From: Thermoplasmata archaeon | GTDB taxonomy: Archaea > Thermoplasmatota > Thermoplasmata > Lutacidiplasmatales > UBA184 | Direction of reading: 5' to 3' | Assembly: GCA_021816865.1 (NCBI GenBank) | Contig: JAKAWX010000003.1 | Location: 34,681 to 98,680 of the forward strand | Length of the DNA: 64,000 bases | In this document: piece after piece, positions 56,638 through 64,000 of the stretch | How positions within the stretch are numbered: the first letter of the stretch is position 1 | How the letters are laid out: each line of letters begins with the position of its first letter | The notes under the pieces: model-generated | What the model saw: only the letters and a program-made list of their open reading frames with translations | Databases searched by the model: none | Told to the model about the DNA's origin: nothing | Position numbers and translations under genes: made by a program

Positions 56638-57663
56638 GTGACACGGGAACGGGTCGCGATCGCCCCGGTCGGTCGCGACGTCGCCGACCGGGCGGCCGTC
56701 ATCGAGCGCGCCCGGCGCCGCGGCTTTGCCCGCTTCGTCGTGGACGACGACGCGCCGTTCGACGCTCGGCCCGGTGAGGAGGTCGTGCGACGCAAGGGCG
56801 ACCGGCTCGAGCGCCCGGGCGGAGCGGTCGTGCCGATCGCCCGAATCTCAGGTCCCGAGGAGCTGGCGGCGGCCGTCGCTCGCGTCCCCACCGCCGGGGC
56901 GCTTGCGATCGAATGGACCGGCGACCGCGTGATCCCGCTCGAGAACGCGATCGCGGCGCGGGGACGCCGCTTCGAACTGTGGGCGTACGCGCGGACCGCG
57001 AGCGAGGTCCCGGGAGCGCTCGGGGCGCTCGAGCACGGCGCCGACCGCGTGATCGTCGAGGTCCGCTCGCCCACGGAGGTCGACACCCTCGAACGGGTCC
57101 TCGACGGTCCGTTGCCGACGGGCCTCGACTGGACGCTCGTCCCGGTCCTGTCCGTGCGCCCGGTCGGGGTCGGCGACCGAGTGATCGTGGACACGACGTC
57201 GCTCCTCGCGCCGGCGGAGGGCCTGCTGGTCGGCAGCGCCGCGGCGTTCCTCTACCACGTCGCGAGCGAGGCCGTCGGTTCGCAGTTCAGTCGACCTCGG
57301 CCGTTCCGGGTGAACGCGGGGGCCGCCCACTCCTACGTGCTGATGGCGGACGGGACGACCCGGTACCTGGCCGAGCTCGGGAGCGGGGACGCGGTCCTCG
57401 TGGCGGAGCCGAACGGACGCGCACGGTCCGCGCGCGTCGGCCGCATCAAGATCGAGCGACGCCCCTTGGTCGCCGTGGTGGGCGACGATGCGGGTGAGCG
57501 TCGGACGCTCTTCCTCCAGGAGGCCGAGACGGTCCGGGTCTCGACCGAGACGGAACGGGTCGCGACCACGGACCTCGAGCCGACGGCCCGACTCTTCGGC
57601 GTTCGTCTCCCGCCCGCCCGCCACCTTGGCCACGCGATCGAGGAGACGATCGAGGAACGGTGA
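56638..57663 (+). CDS. aroB': 3-dehydroquinate synthase II
   Basis: VIPLEN.IA, GDRVIVDT, GLLVGS, RPFRVNAG, GRIKIERRP, LQEAET, RHLG. Confidence 0.92.
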   Translation: MTRERVAIAPVGRDVADRAAVIERARRRGFARFVVDDDAPFDARPGEEVVRRKGDRLERPGGAVVPIARISGPEELAAAVARVPTAGALAIEWTGDRVIPLENAIAARGRRFELWAYARTASEVPGALGALEHGADRVIVEVRSPTEVDTLERVLDGPLPTGLDWTLVPVLSVRPVGVGDRVIVDTTSLLAPAEGLLVGSAAAFLYHVASEAVGSQFSRPRPFRVNAGAAHSYVLMADGTTRYLAELGSGDAVLVAEPNGRARSARVGRIKIERRPLVAVVGDDAGERRTLFLQEAETVRVSTETERVATTDLEPTARLFGVRLPPARHLGHAIEETIEER

Positions 57664-59168
57664 GCGCGCGCGTCCCCGTCCTGGTCGTCTCCTTGCCCGC
57701 GACGTCGGTCGCGCCAGCCCGCGCCCAGGCGGCGGCCGCGTTCGCGGCGGGCGCGGACCTCGCCGAGATCCGGTTCGACCGCTGGTCGGCCACGGAGCGA
57801 GGCTCGGTGCCGGAGCTCTTCCCCTCCCCCCTTCCGCTGGTCGCGACCCTGCGGTCGTGCGCCGAAGGCGGCGCCGGACCGGACGATCCCACCGAGCGGG
57901 AGCGTATCCTCCTCGAACTGGCCCGTTGGCCGTTCCGATGGATCGATGTGGAGGCCGCGCGAGACGGCCCGCTCCTCGCCCGCCTTCCCGACCCGGAGAA
58001 CCTCGGACGCATCGTCTCGACGCACGTCGTCGGGGAGGTCGATGTCGGCGCCTGGGCCCGCCTCCTCCGCGAACCGGTCCCTGTCGGCTGCGTCCGCAAG
58101 GTCGTGGCCTCCTCGTCGATCGGCCGACTGCTCGGGGAACTTTTGCCTCGGCTTCCCCGGGTCGAGGAGGCGCTGGTCGCGGCGATGACGACCGGAGCGT
58201 CCGGGCCGCTCCTGAGGGCGTGGGGGCAACGTCTCGGGCTCCCGATCGTCTACGCGTCGCTTCCCGAGGAGGGGCCCGGCGGCGGGTCGCCCCCGGTGGA
58301 ACCCGGCCAAGTGCCGGTCGACCGGTTGAGGCGCTACTTCGCGGCGCGGGAGGCCGGACCGATCTTCGGGGTCGCCGGTCACCCGGTCGCCCATTCGCAC
58401 AGCCCGTGGCTCCATTCGCGCTGGATGCGCGATTCGGGGCGGCCGGGGATCTACGTGCCGCTCGACTTTTCGTCGGAGGCGGAGTTCGTGGAGGCCCTAG
58501 GCCCGCTCGCGGACCGGGGGTTCCGAGGGATCAACGTGACGCATCCGTTCAAGGAGGCGGCGCTCGCGGCCGCGAGCGACGTGCGACCGGGGGCCGCGGC
58601 GTGCGGGGTCGCGAACTGCCTGACGCTGCGGGGGACCGAGGTGGAGGCCGAGAACACCGACCTCCTCGCGGTACTCCGCCGGCTCAGGGAGCTCGCAGAG
58701 GCGGGCCGCTGGGACGGACAATCGCTCACCGTCGTCGGGACGGGAGGCGCGGCGCGCGCCACGCTCGCCGCGGCCCGGACCCTCGGCGTCGAGCGTCGGG
58801 TGCTTGGCCGCGACCCCGCCTCGGCGGCGAACGTCGCCCGCGCGTTCGGTGCGACGGCGCTATCGCCCGCGGACCGGCGATCGGACGGCCTGGTCGTCCA
58901 CGCCACTCCGGTCGGGCGGGCGGACGCCGGACCGCTCGGACTGGACCTCGAACGCCTCCTTCGGCCCGGCGGTCACCTTCTCGACTGGGTGTACGCCCCG
59001 GACCGCCCGTCGGTCGCCGAGGCCGCGGGGCGTGTCGGCGCGAGCTACGAGGATGGACGGCGTCTCTTGGTCTACCAGGCCGCCGCCAGCTTCGCGCGGT
59101 GGTGGGGCGAAGATCCGGACCCGGAGTCCCTGCGGGCGACCCTCGAGGAGGAACGGTGCACGGCGTAG
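57660..59168 (+). CDS. aroE: Type I 3-dehydroquinate dehydratase / shikimate dehydrogenase fusion (AroD-AroE)
   Basis: EIRFD, TLR...EGG, STH, RK, PGQ; HSHSP, NVTHPFK, NTD, GTGGAARA, LVYQAA.SF. Confidence 0.9.
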   Translation: MSARVPVLVVSLPATSVAPARAQAAAAFAAGADLAEIRFDRWSATERGSVPELFPSPLPLVATLRSCAEGGAGPDDPTERERILLELARWPFRWIDVEAARDGPLLARLPDPENLGRIVSTHVVGEVDVGAWARLLREPVPVGCVRKVVASSSIGRLLGELLPRLPRVEEALVAAMTTGASGPLLRAWGQRLGLPIVYASLPEEGPGGGSPPVEPGQVPVDRLRRYFAAREAGPIFGVAGHPVAHSHSPWLHSRWMRDSGRPGIYVPLDFSSEAEFVEALGPLADRGFRGINVTHPFKEAALAAASDVRPGAAACGVANCLTLRGTEVEAENTDLLAVLRRLRELAEAGRWDGQSLTVVGTGGAARATLAAARTLGVERRVLGRDPASAANVARAFGATALSPADRRSDGLVVHATPVGRADAGPLGLDLERLLRPGGHLLDWVYAPDRPSVAEAAGRVGASYEDGRRLLVYQAAASFARWWGEDPDPESLRATLEEERCTA

Positions 59169-60025
59169 GACGCGCGTCCGCCGCGATCACGATCGTCAAT
59201 GCCCTTCCGACGGGGATCGGCTGCGCGATCGGCATCGACCTCGAAGCGATCGCCGAGGCCACGATCCTCCCGGCGCTCGACGACCCGGGGGCGCCGACCG
59301 AGCCGCGGACCGACGGACCGTCGCCCCTCGTCGCGGAGGCCGTCCGGGAGGCCCTCCGACAGTTCACGAAGGACGTCGACTCCCCCTGCGAGGTGACCGT
59401 CCGATCCGCGATCCCGATCGCCCGGGGCTTGAAGAGCTCGAGCGCCGTCGCGAGCGCGGTCGTCCTCGCCGTCGCCCAGGCCGCGGGCTCGACGCCGGCC
59501 GCGCGGCAGGTGGCGCGACTGTCCGCCGAGGTGTCGCGGCGCTCGGGCGTCAGCGCGACCGGAGCGTACGACGACGCCCTCGCCGGGCTGTCGACCGGGT
59601 TCGTCGTCACCGACAACGGCCGGGACGCGCTCATGCGCCACCGACCCGCCGACCCCCGCTGGGAGGTCGCGCTCCTCGTCCCTCCCGGTACCCACCCGGC
59701 CTCCCCCGGTCTCCAGGACGCGTTCCGCGCGTACGCGAAGGAGAGCCGACGGGCGCTGGACGCCGCCCTCGCCGACCGGTGGTGGGACGCCATGCACCGC
59801 AACTCCGAGATCGTCGAGCGCGTGATGGGCTACTCGTACGCCTCGCTCCGCACGAGGCTCGCGACGGCGGGGGCCGTCGGCAGCGGTGTGAGCGGTCTCG
59901 GTCCCGCCTACGCCGCCGTCGCGCCGACCGAACGGATCCCCCGTATCCTCGAGCTCCTCGCCAAGGAGGAAGGGACGGTCCTCCGGGCGGGCCTCCGACG
60001 AACGCGGTCGGGAGGCGTCGCGTGA
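59156..60025 (+). CDS. aroK: Archaeal (GHMP-type) shikimate kinase
   Basis: AITIVNA.PTG.G, IPIARGLKSSSA, TGAYDDA, VTDN, SGLGP. Confidence 0.93.
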   Translation: MHGVGRASAAITIVNALPTGIGCAIGIDLEAIAEATILPALDDPGAPTEPRTDGPSPLVAEAVREALRQFTKDVDSPCEVTVRSAIPIARGLKSSSAVASAVVLAVAQAAGSTPAARQVARLSAEVSRRSGVSATGAYDDALAGLSTGFVVTDNGRDALMRHRPADPRWEVALLVPPGTHPASPGLQDAFRAYAKESRRALDAALADRWWDAMHRNSEIVERVMGYSYASLRTRLATAGAVGSGVSGLGPAYAAVAPTERIPRILELLAKEEGTVLRAGLRRTRSGGVA

Positions 60026-61296
60026 TTCGGGTCCGGCTCCGGCCCGGCCGGGCGTTCGGCGTCGTGCGAGCGCCGCCGTCGAAGAGCTACACTCACCGGG
60101 CGCTCGTGGTGGGACACCTCGCCCGGCGGCGCTACCGGGTCGACGACCCGCTCGACGCCGACGACACGCGGGCGACAGCCCGGGCGGTCGGGGCGCTCGG
60201 TACTCCGGTCGAGCGGTCGGACGCCCGCTGGACCGTGGAGCCCCCCGAACCCGCGCGCCTCCGTGGCGTCGCCCGCATCGACTGCCGGGAATCCGGCACG
60301 ACGCTCCGTTTCGCCACGGCGCTCGCCGCGCTGTCGGATCGAACCGTCGTGCTGCGCGGCTCGGGGCGGCTTCCGACACGTCCGATGGGCCCGCTCGTCG
60401 CGACCCTCGAGCGACTCGGCGCGACCGTGCGCACGCCGGCGGGCGGCCGCACGCTTCCCCTCACCATCCGGGGGCCGATCGACGCCGGCCGCGTCGAGCT
60501 CGACGCCTCGGAGAGCTCGCAGTTCGCCTCCGCGCTCCTCCTCGCCCTCCCGACACTGCCCGATGCGTCGACGCTCCTCCTTCGCGGCCCGGTCGTGTCG
60601 GCCCCGTACCTCGACGCCACCGTGGCGATCCTTTCCCACCACGGCGTCGAATGCTCGCGGAGCGCTCGCACCCTCCGCGTCCCGGGAGGACAGCGGTACC
60701 GCGGGGATCGGTTCGCCGTCCCCGGGGACGCGTCGTCGGCCGCCTACCTCTGGGCCGCGGCGGCGGTCTCGGCCGGCGAGGTCCGGGTCCGCGGGATCCC
60801 CTCCTCCTGGCCCCAGGCGGACCTCGCGATCCTCGACCTCCTCGAGCGGAACGGTGCCGAGGTGCGACGGGAGCGGGACGGCGCGACCGTGAAGGGCACC
60901 GGCCCTCGGCGGCCGTTCACCGTCAACCTCACGAACGCCCCGGACCTTTACCCGCTCGTGGGAGTGCTCGCGGCGACGACCGTCGGCCGCAGCGAGCTGC
61001 GCGGGGCGCGGCAGGTCGTCCGGAAGGAGTCGGACCGACGGCAGGGGACGGTCGACCTCGTTCGCGGGTTGGGCGCCGCGGTGGCGATCTCCGGCGACCG
61101 GCTCCGCATCTCGGGGACCGCCGCGCCGAAGGCGCTCACGCTCGACGCCCTCAACGACCACCGGCTCGTGATGAGCGCCGCCGTAGGATCGCTCGCCGCG
61201 AGCGGTCCGTCCGTCGTCGGCGACGCCCGGGCCGTGCGGAAGTCGTTCCCCGGGTTCTGGACCGTCCTCCAGGAGCTCACCGGAGGGGGCCCATGA
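60022..61296 (+). CDS. aroA: EPSP synthase
   Basis: PPSKSYTHR, ESGTTLRF, SSQFAS, GDASSA, KESDR, DHR. Confidence 0.94.
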   Translation: MIRVRLRPGRAFGVVRAPPSKSYTHRALVVGHLARRRYRVDDPLDADDTRATARAVGALGTPVERSDARWTVEPPEPARLRGVARIDCRESGTTLRFATALAALSDRTVVLRGSGRLPTRPMGPLVATLERLGATVRTPAGGRTLPLTIRGPIDAGRVELDASESSQFASALLLALPTLPDASTLLLRGPVVSAPYLDATVAILSHHGVECSRSARTLRVPGGQRYRGDRFAVPGDASSAAYLWAAAAVSAGEVRVRGIPSSWPQADLAILDLLERNGAEVRRERDGATVKGTGPRRPFTVNLTNAPDLYPLVGVLAATTVGRSELRGARQVVRKESDRRQGTVDLVRGLGAAVAISGDRLRISGTAAPKALTLDALNDHRLVMSAAVGSLAASGPSVVGDARAVRKSFPGFWTVLQELTGGGP

Positions 61297-62375
61297 TGTC
61301 GTTCGGCGAGCGGTTCCGCGTCACGGTCTTCGGGTCGAGCCACGGGCCGGAGGTCGGCGTAACGATCGAAGGGATCCCCGCGGGGACCCGCATCGACCCG
61401 GAGCGGATCCAGGCCGACCTCGACCGGCGGCGGCCGGTCGGGCGCCGCCTCGCGACCCGCCGCCAGGAAGAGGACCGTCTCGTTCTCGACTCGGGAGTGA
61501 CCCAAGGACAGGCGGACGGAGCTCCGCTGCGGGCGCACGTGGCGAACGAGGACGTCCGACGCGAGCCGTACGACCGCCTCAAGGATACCCCCCGCCCGGG
61601 CCACGCCGACTACCCGGCGCGGGTCCGGTACGGGACGGGCGCCGACCTCTCGGGCGGAGGGATCTTCTCCGGCCGGATGACGGTCGGCCTCGTGATCGCG
61701 GGGTCGGTGGCCAAGACGCTGCTCGCAGCCCGGGGGATCGACGTGGTCGGCTACACCCGTTCGATCGGGACCGTCGACGCGGAGATCCCGCCGGCCGCGG
61801 ACGTCCCCCGACTCCGCGAGTGTTCCCGGACGAATGAGGTCGGGACCCCGGATCCCCTCGCGTCGTCCCGTATGGAGGAGGCCATCGCCGCGGCGCGCCG
61901 GGACGGCGACAGCCTCGGCGGGATCGTCGAGGTCCGCATCGACCACGTTCCGGTCGGCCTGGGCGAGCCGTTCTTCGACTCGCTCGAGAGCACGATCGCG
62001 CACGCCCTCTTCTCGGTCCCGGCGGTCAAGGCGGTCGAGTTCGGCGCCGGCTTTGCGGCGGCGCGGATGCGCGGCAGCGAGCACAACGACCCGTTCGTAT
62101 GGGTCGGCTCCGAGGTCCGCACCGCCACGAACCACGCCGGGGGGATCCTCGGGGGCCTCGCCACGGGTATGCCGATCGTCGTCCGGGTCGCCGTCAAGCC
62201 GACGTCGTCCATCGCGCGGCCCCAGCGTACGGTCAATCTGGCCACTCGCTCGGAGGAGACGCTCGTCGTCACCGGCCGCCACGATCCGTGCATCGTGCCG
62301 AGGGCGGTGGTCGTGCTCGAGGCCGTCGCCGCGATCGCGGTCGCCGACCTGGCCCTTCGGGGAGGTTACGTATGA
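61293..62375 (+). CDS. aroC: Chorismate synthase
   Basis: GSSHG, PRPGHADY, SGR.T, GDSLGG, GGILGG, KPTSS, GRHDPC. Confidence 0.95.
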   Translation: MMSFGERFRVTVFGSSHGPEVGVTIEGIPAGTRIDPERIQADLDRRRPVGRRLATRRQEEDRLVLDSGVTQGQADGAPLRAHVANEDVRREPYDRLKDTPRPGHADYPARVRYGTGADLSGGGIFSGRMTVGLVIAGSVAKTLLAARGIDVVGYTRSIGTVDAEIPPAADVPRLRECSRTNEVGTPDPLASSRMEEAIAAARRDGDSLGGIVEVRIDHVPVGLGEPFFDSLESTIAHALFSVPAVKAVEFGAGFAAARMRGSEHNDPFVWVGSEVRTATNHAGGILGGLATGMPIVVRVAVKPTSSIARPQRTVNLATRSEETLVVTGRHDPCIVPRAVVVLEAVAAIAVADLALRGGYV

Positions 62376-63454
62376 CGGACGAACGTCGGATAGCGTGCGC
62401 CATCCTGGGAGCGAGCGGTTACATCGGTCAGCACTTCGCTCGGCTCCTCGCCGACCACCCGACGTTCGCCCGACCGCTGCTCGCGGCGAGCGAGCGCTCT
62501 GTCGGACGACGGCTCGCCGACGTCTGGCAACTCGCCGAGGCCCCCCCCGACGCGCTCGCGACGTCGGCGCTCGTCCGGTCGAGCCCGTCGCGCCTCGTCC
62601 GGGCGGGGGTCCGGGTCGTCTTCTCGGCGCTCCCTTCCGGTACGGCCGGACCCGTCGAGGCCGAGCTCGTCCGCCGGGGGATCTCGGTCTTCTCGAACGC
62701 GGCGGACCACCGGATGGACCCTGCGGTCCCGCTGCTCGTTCCCGAGGTGAACGCCGACCACCTCGCGCTCACGTCCCGGCGGCCCCGCGGCCGCGGCCTG
62801 CTCGTGACGAACCCGAACTGCTCGACGACCGGTCTCGTGGTCGCGCTCGCCCCGATCGTCCCGCTCCTGCGCCCTCGCGCGGTCCACGTGGCGACGTACC
62901 AAGCGCTCTCGGGCGCCGGGTACCCCGGGGTGCCGTCGCTCGCGATCGCCGACAACGTCGTTCCGTTCATCCGCGACGAAGAGGAGAAGATGCGCGCGGA
63001 GACGGCGCGCATCCTCGGCCGCCGTCGGGGCGCCCACGTCGCCCCGCTGGACCTCCCCGTGGTCGCCCAGTGCGCCCGCGTCGCGACACGCGAAGGTCAT
63101 CTCGAGGCGGTGACGCTCGAAGCGACGCGTCGGTCCTCTCTTGACGAGGTCGAACGGGCCTGGCGTGCGTTCGACCCGCTCGCCGCAGACGAGCTGCCCA
63201 CCGCGCCCCGACCGCCGATCGAGCTCCGGGCGGAAACCGACCGGCCCCAGCCGCTGCGCGACCGGTGGGCGGGCGCGCCGGCCCGCGCCCGCGGCATGGC
63301 GGTCGTCGTCGGGCGTCCGCGCCTCGACCCGCCCTACCTGCGGTTCTTCGTCCTCTCCCACAACGCGGTGCGCGGAGGAGCGGGGGGCTCGGTGCTCAAC
63401 GCCGAGCTCGCTCTCGCCCGAGGGTTCCTGTCGCGGGAGGTCGCGCCGCCGTGA
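62372..63454 (+). CDS. asd: Aspartate-semialdehyde dehydrogenase (archaeal/fungal type)
   Basis: GASGYIGQ, SNA..HRM, PEVN, NPNCST, QALSGAGYPG, SHN.VRGGAG. Confidence 0.94.
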   Translation: MTDERRIACAILGASGYIGQHFARLLADHPTFARPLLAASERSVGRRLADVWQLAEAPPDALATSALVRSSPSRLVRAGVRVVFSALPSGTAGPVEAELVRRGISVFSNAADHRMDPAVPLLVPEVNADHLALTSRRPRGRGLLVTNPNCSTTGLVVALAPIVPLLRPRAVHVATYQALSGAGYPGVPSLAIADNVVPFIRDEEEKMRAETARILGRRRGAHVAPLDLPVVAQCARVATREGHLEAVTLEATRRSSLDEVERAWRAFDPLAADELPTAPRPPIELRAETDRPQPLRDRWAGAPARARGMAVVVGRPRLDPPYLRFFVLSHNAVRGGAGGSVLNAELALARGFLSREVAPP

Positions 63455-64000
63455 GCCCCGCCCGCCCCCCGGTCGTTCTCAAGTTCGGCGGCGCTTCGCT
63501 CGCCGACCCCGCCCGCGTCGCGTCCGACGTCCGGTCGGCGCTCGCCGAGGGCGCGCCGGTGGTCGTCGTCGCATCGGCCCGGGAGGGGATCACCGACCGA
63601 CTCGGCGCGGCGCTCGCCCATCCGCGCTCGGTCTCGCGGCACCGGAGCACGATCGACGAGCTCCGACGCGCGCACCCGGGGCTCCCTCCGGCGGGTCGGC
63701 GGCAGCTCGAGCGGCTCGGGCGCCTTCTCCGGCAGGTCGAGGCGGCCCCCGGGCACGACGCGCCGCTCACCGATCGGGTCCTGAGTCAGGGCGAGCGGAT
63801 CTCGGTGCACTGGCTGAGCGCTGACCTCAACGCCCGCGGACTCGATGCGGTCCCCGTAGAAGCGGACCACCTCGGGCTGATCACCGACAATGCGTACGGG
63901 GCGTCCTGCATCCTCTTCGAACGCTCGCGCGTCGCGGTCCGGCGGGGACTTCACCGGCTCCTCGCCCGCGGAAAGTTGCCGGTCGTCACGGGGTACTTCG
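63451..64000 (+). CDS. lysC: Aspartate kinase, 3' truncated by window edge
   Basis: VVLKFGGASL, VVVASA.EGITD, D.VLSQGER.S, PVVTGYF. Confidence 0.9.
   Translation, partial: MSPARPPVVLKFGGASLADPARVASDVRSALAEGAPVVVVASAREGITDRLGAALAHPRSVSRHRSTIDELRRAHPGLPPAGRRQLERLGRLLRQVEAAPGHDAPLTDRVLSQGERISVHWLSADLNARGLDAVPVEADHLGLITDNAYGASCILFERSRVAVRRGLHRLLARGKLPVVTGYF

Overview
High-GC archaeal chromosome segment, most likely Thermoplasmata (inference from leaderless TATA-type promoters, a tRNA without encoded CCA, the AroA'/AroB' route with a GHMP-type shikimate kinase, and a Thermoplasmatales-type integrase). In order: (1) 1-17 kb, an uncharacterised catabolic cluster with a split Liv-type ABC importer, 3 cyclic amidohydrolases, 2 cysteine hydrolases, MmgE/PrpD, a CoA-transferase, an ICL-superfamily lyase, a LeuCD-like hydratase and an Adc-like enzyme; (2) 2-oxoacid dehydrogenase E1a/E1b/E2, a MOSC protein and an ABC-2 exporter; (3) an intact but catalytically eroded IS630-derived gene; (4) a decayed ~3.4 kb element apparently integrated in the 5' half of tRNA-Ile(GAU), carrying a two-gene nucleotidyltransferase module and a frameshifted tyrosine integrase; (5) a gene-sparse accessory stretch; (6) a tusA-mvhD-hdrL-hdrA-wHTH-hdrC-CCG operon next to a DUF1015 gene and a large membrane ferredoxin; (7) glyoxylate shunt, acyl-CoA genes and a CADD/PqqC-like dimetal oxidase; (8) a complete archaeal shikimate operon continuing into asd and aspartokinase. 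Family assignments come from motif recognition by eye; no database searches were run.
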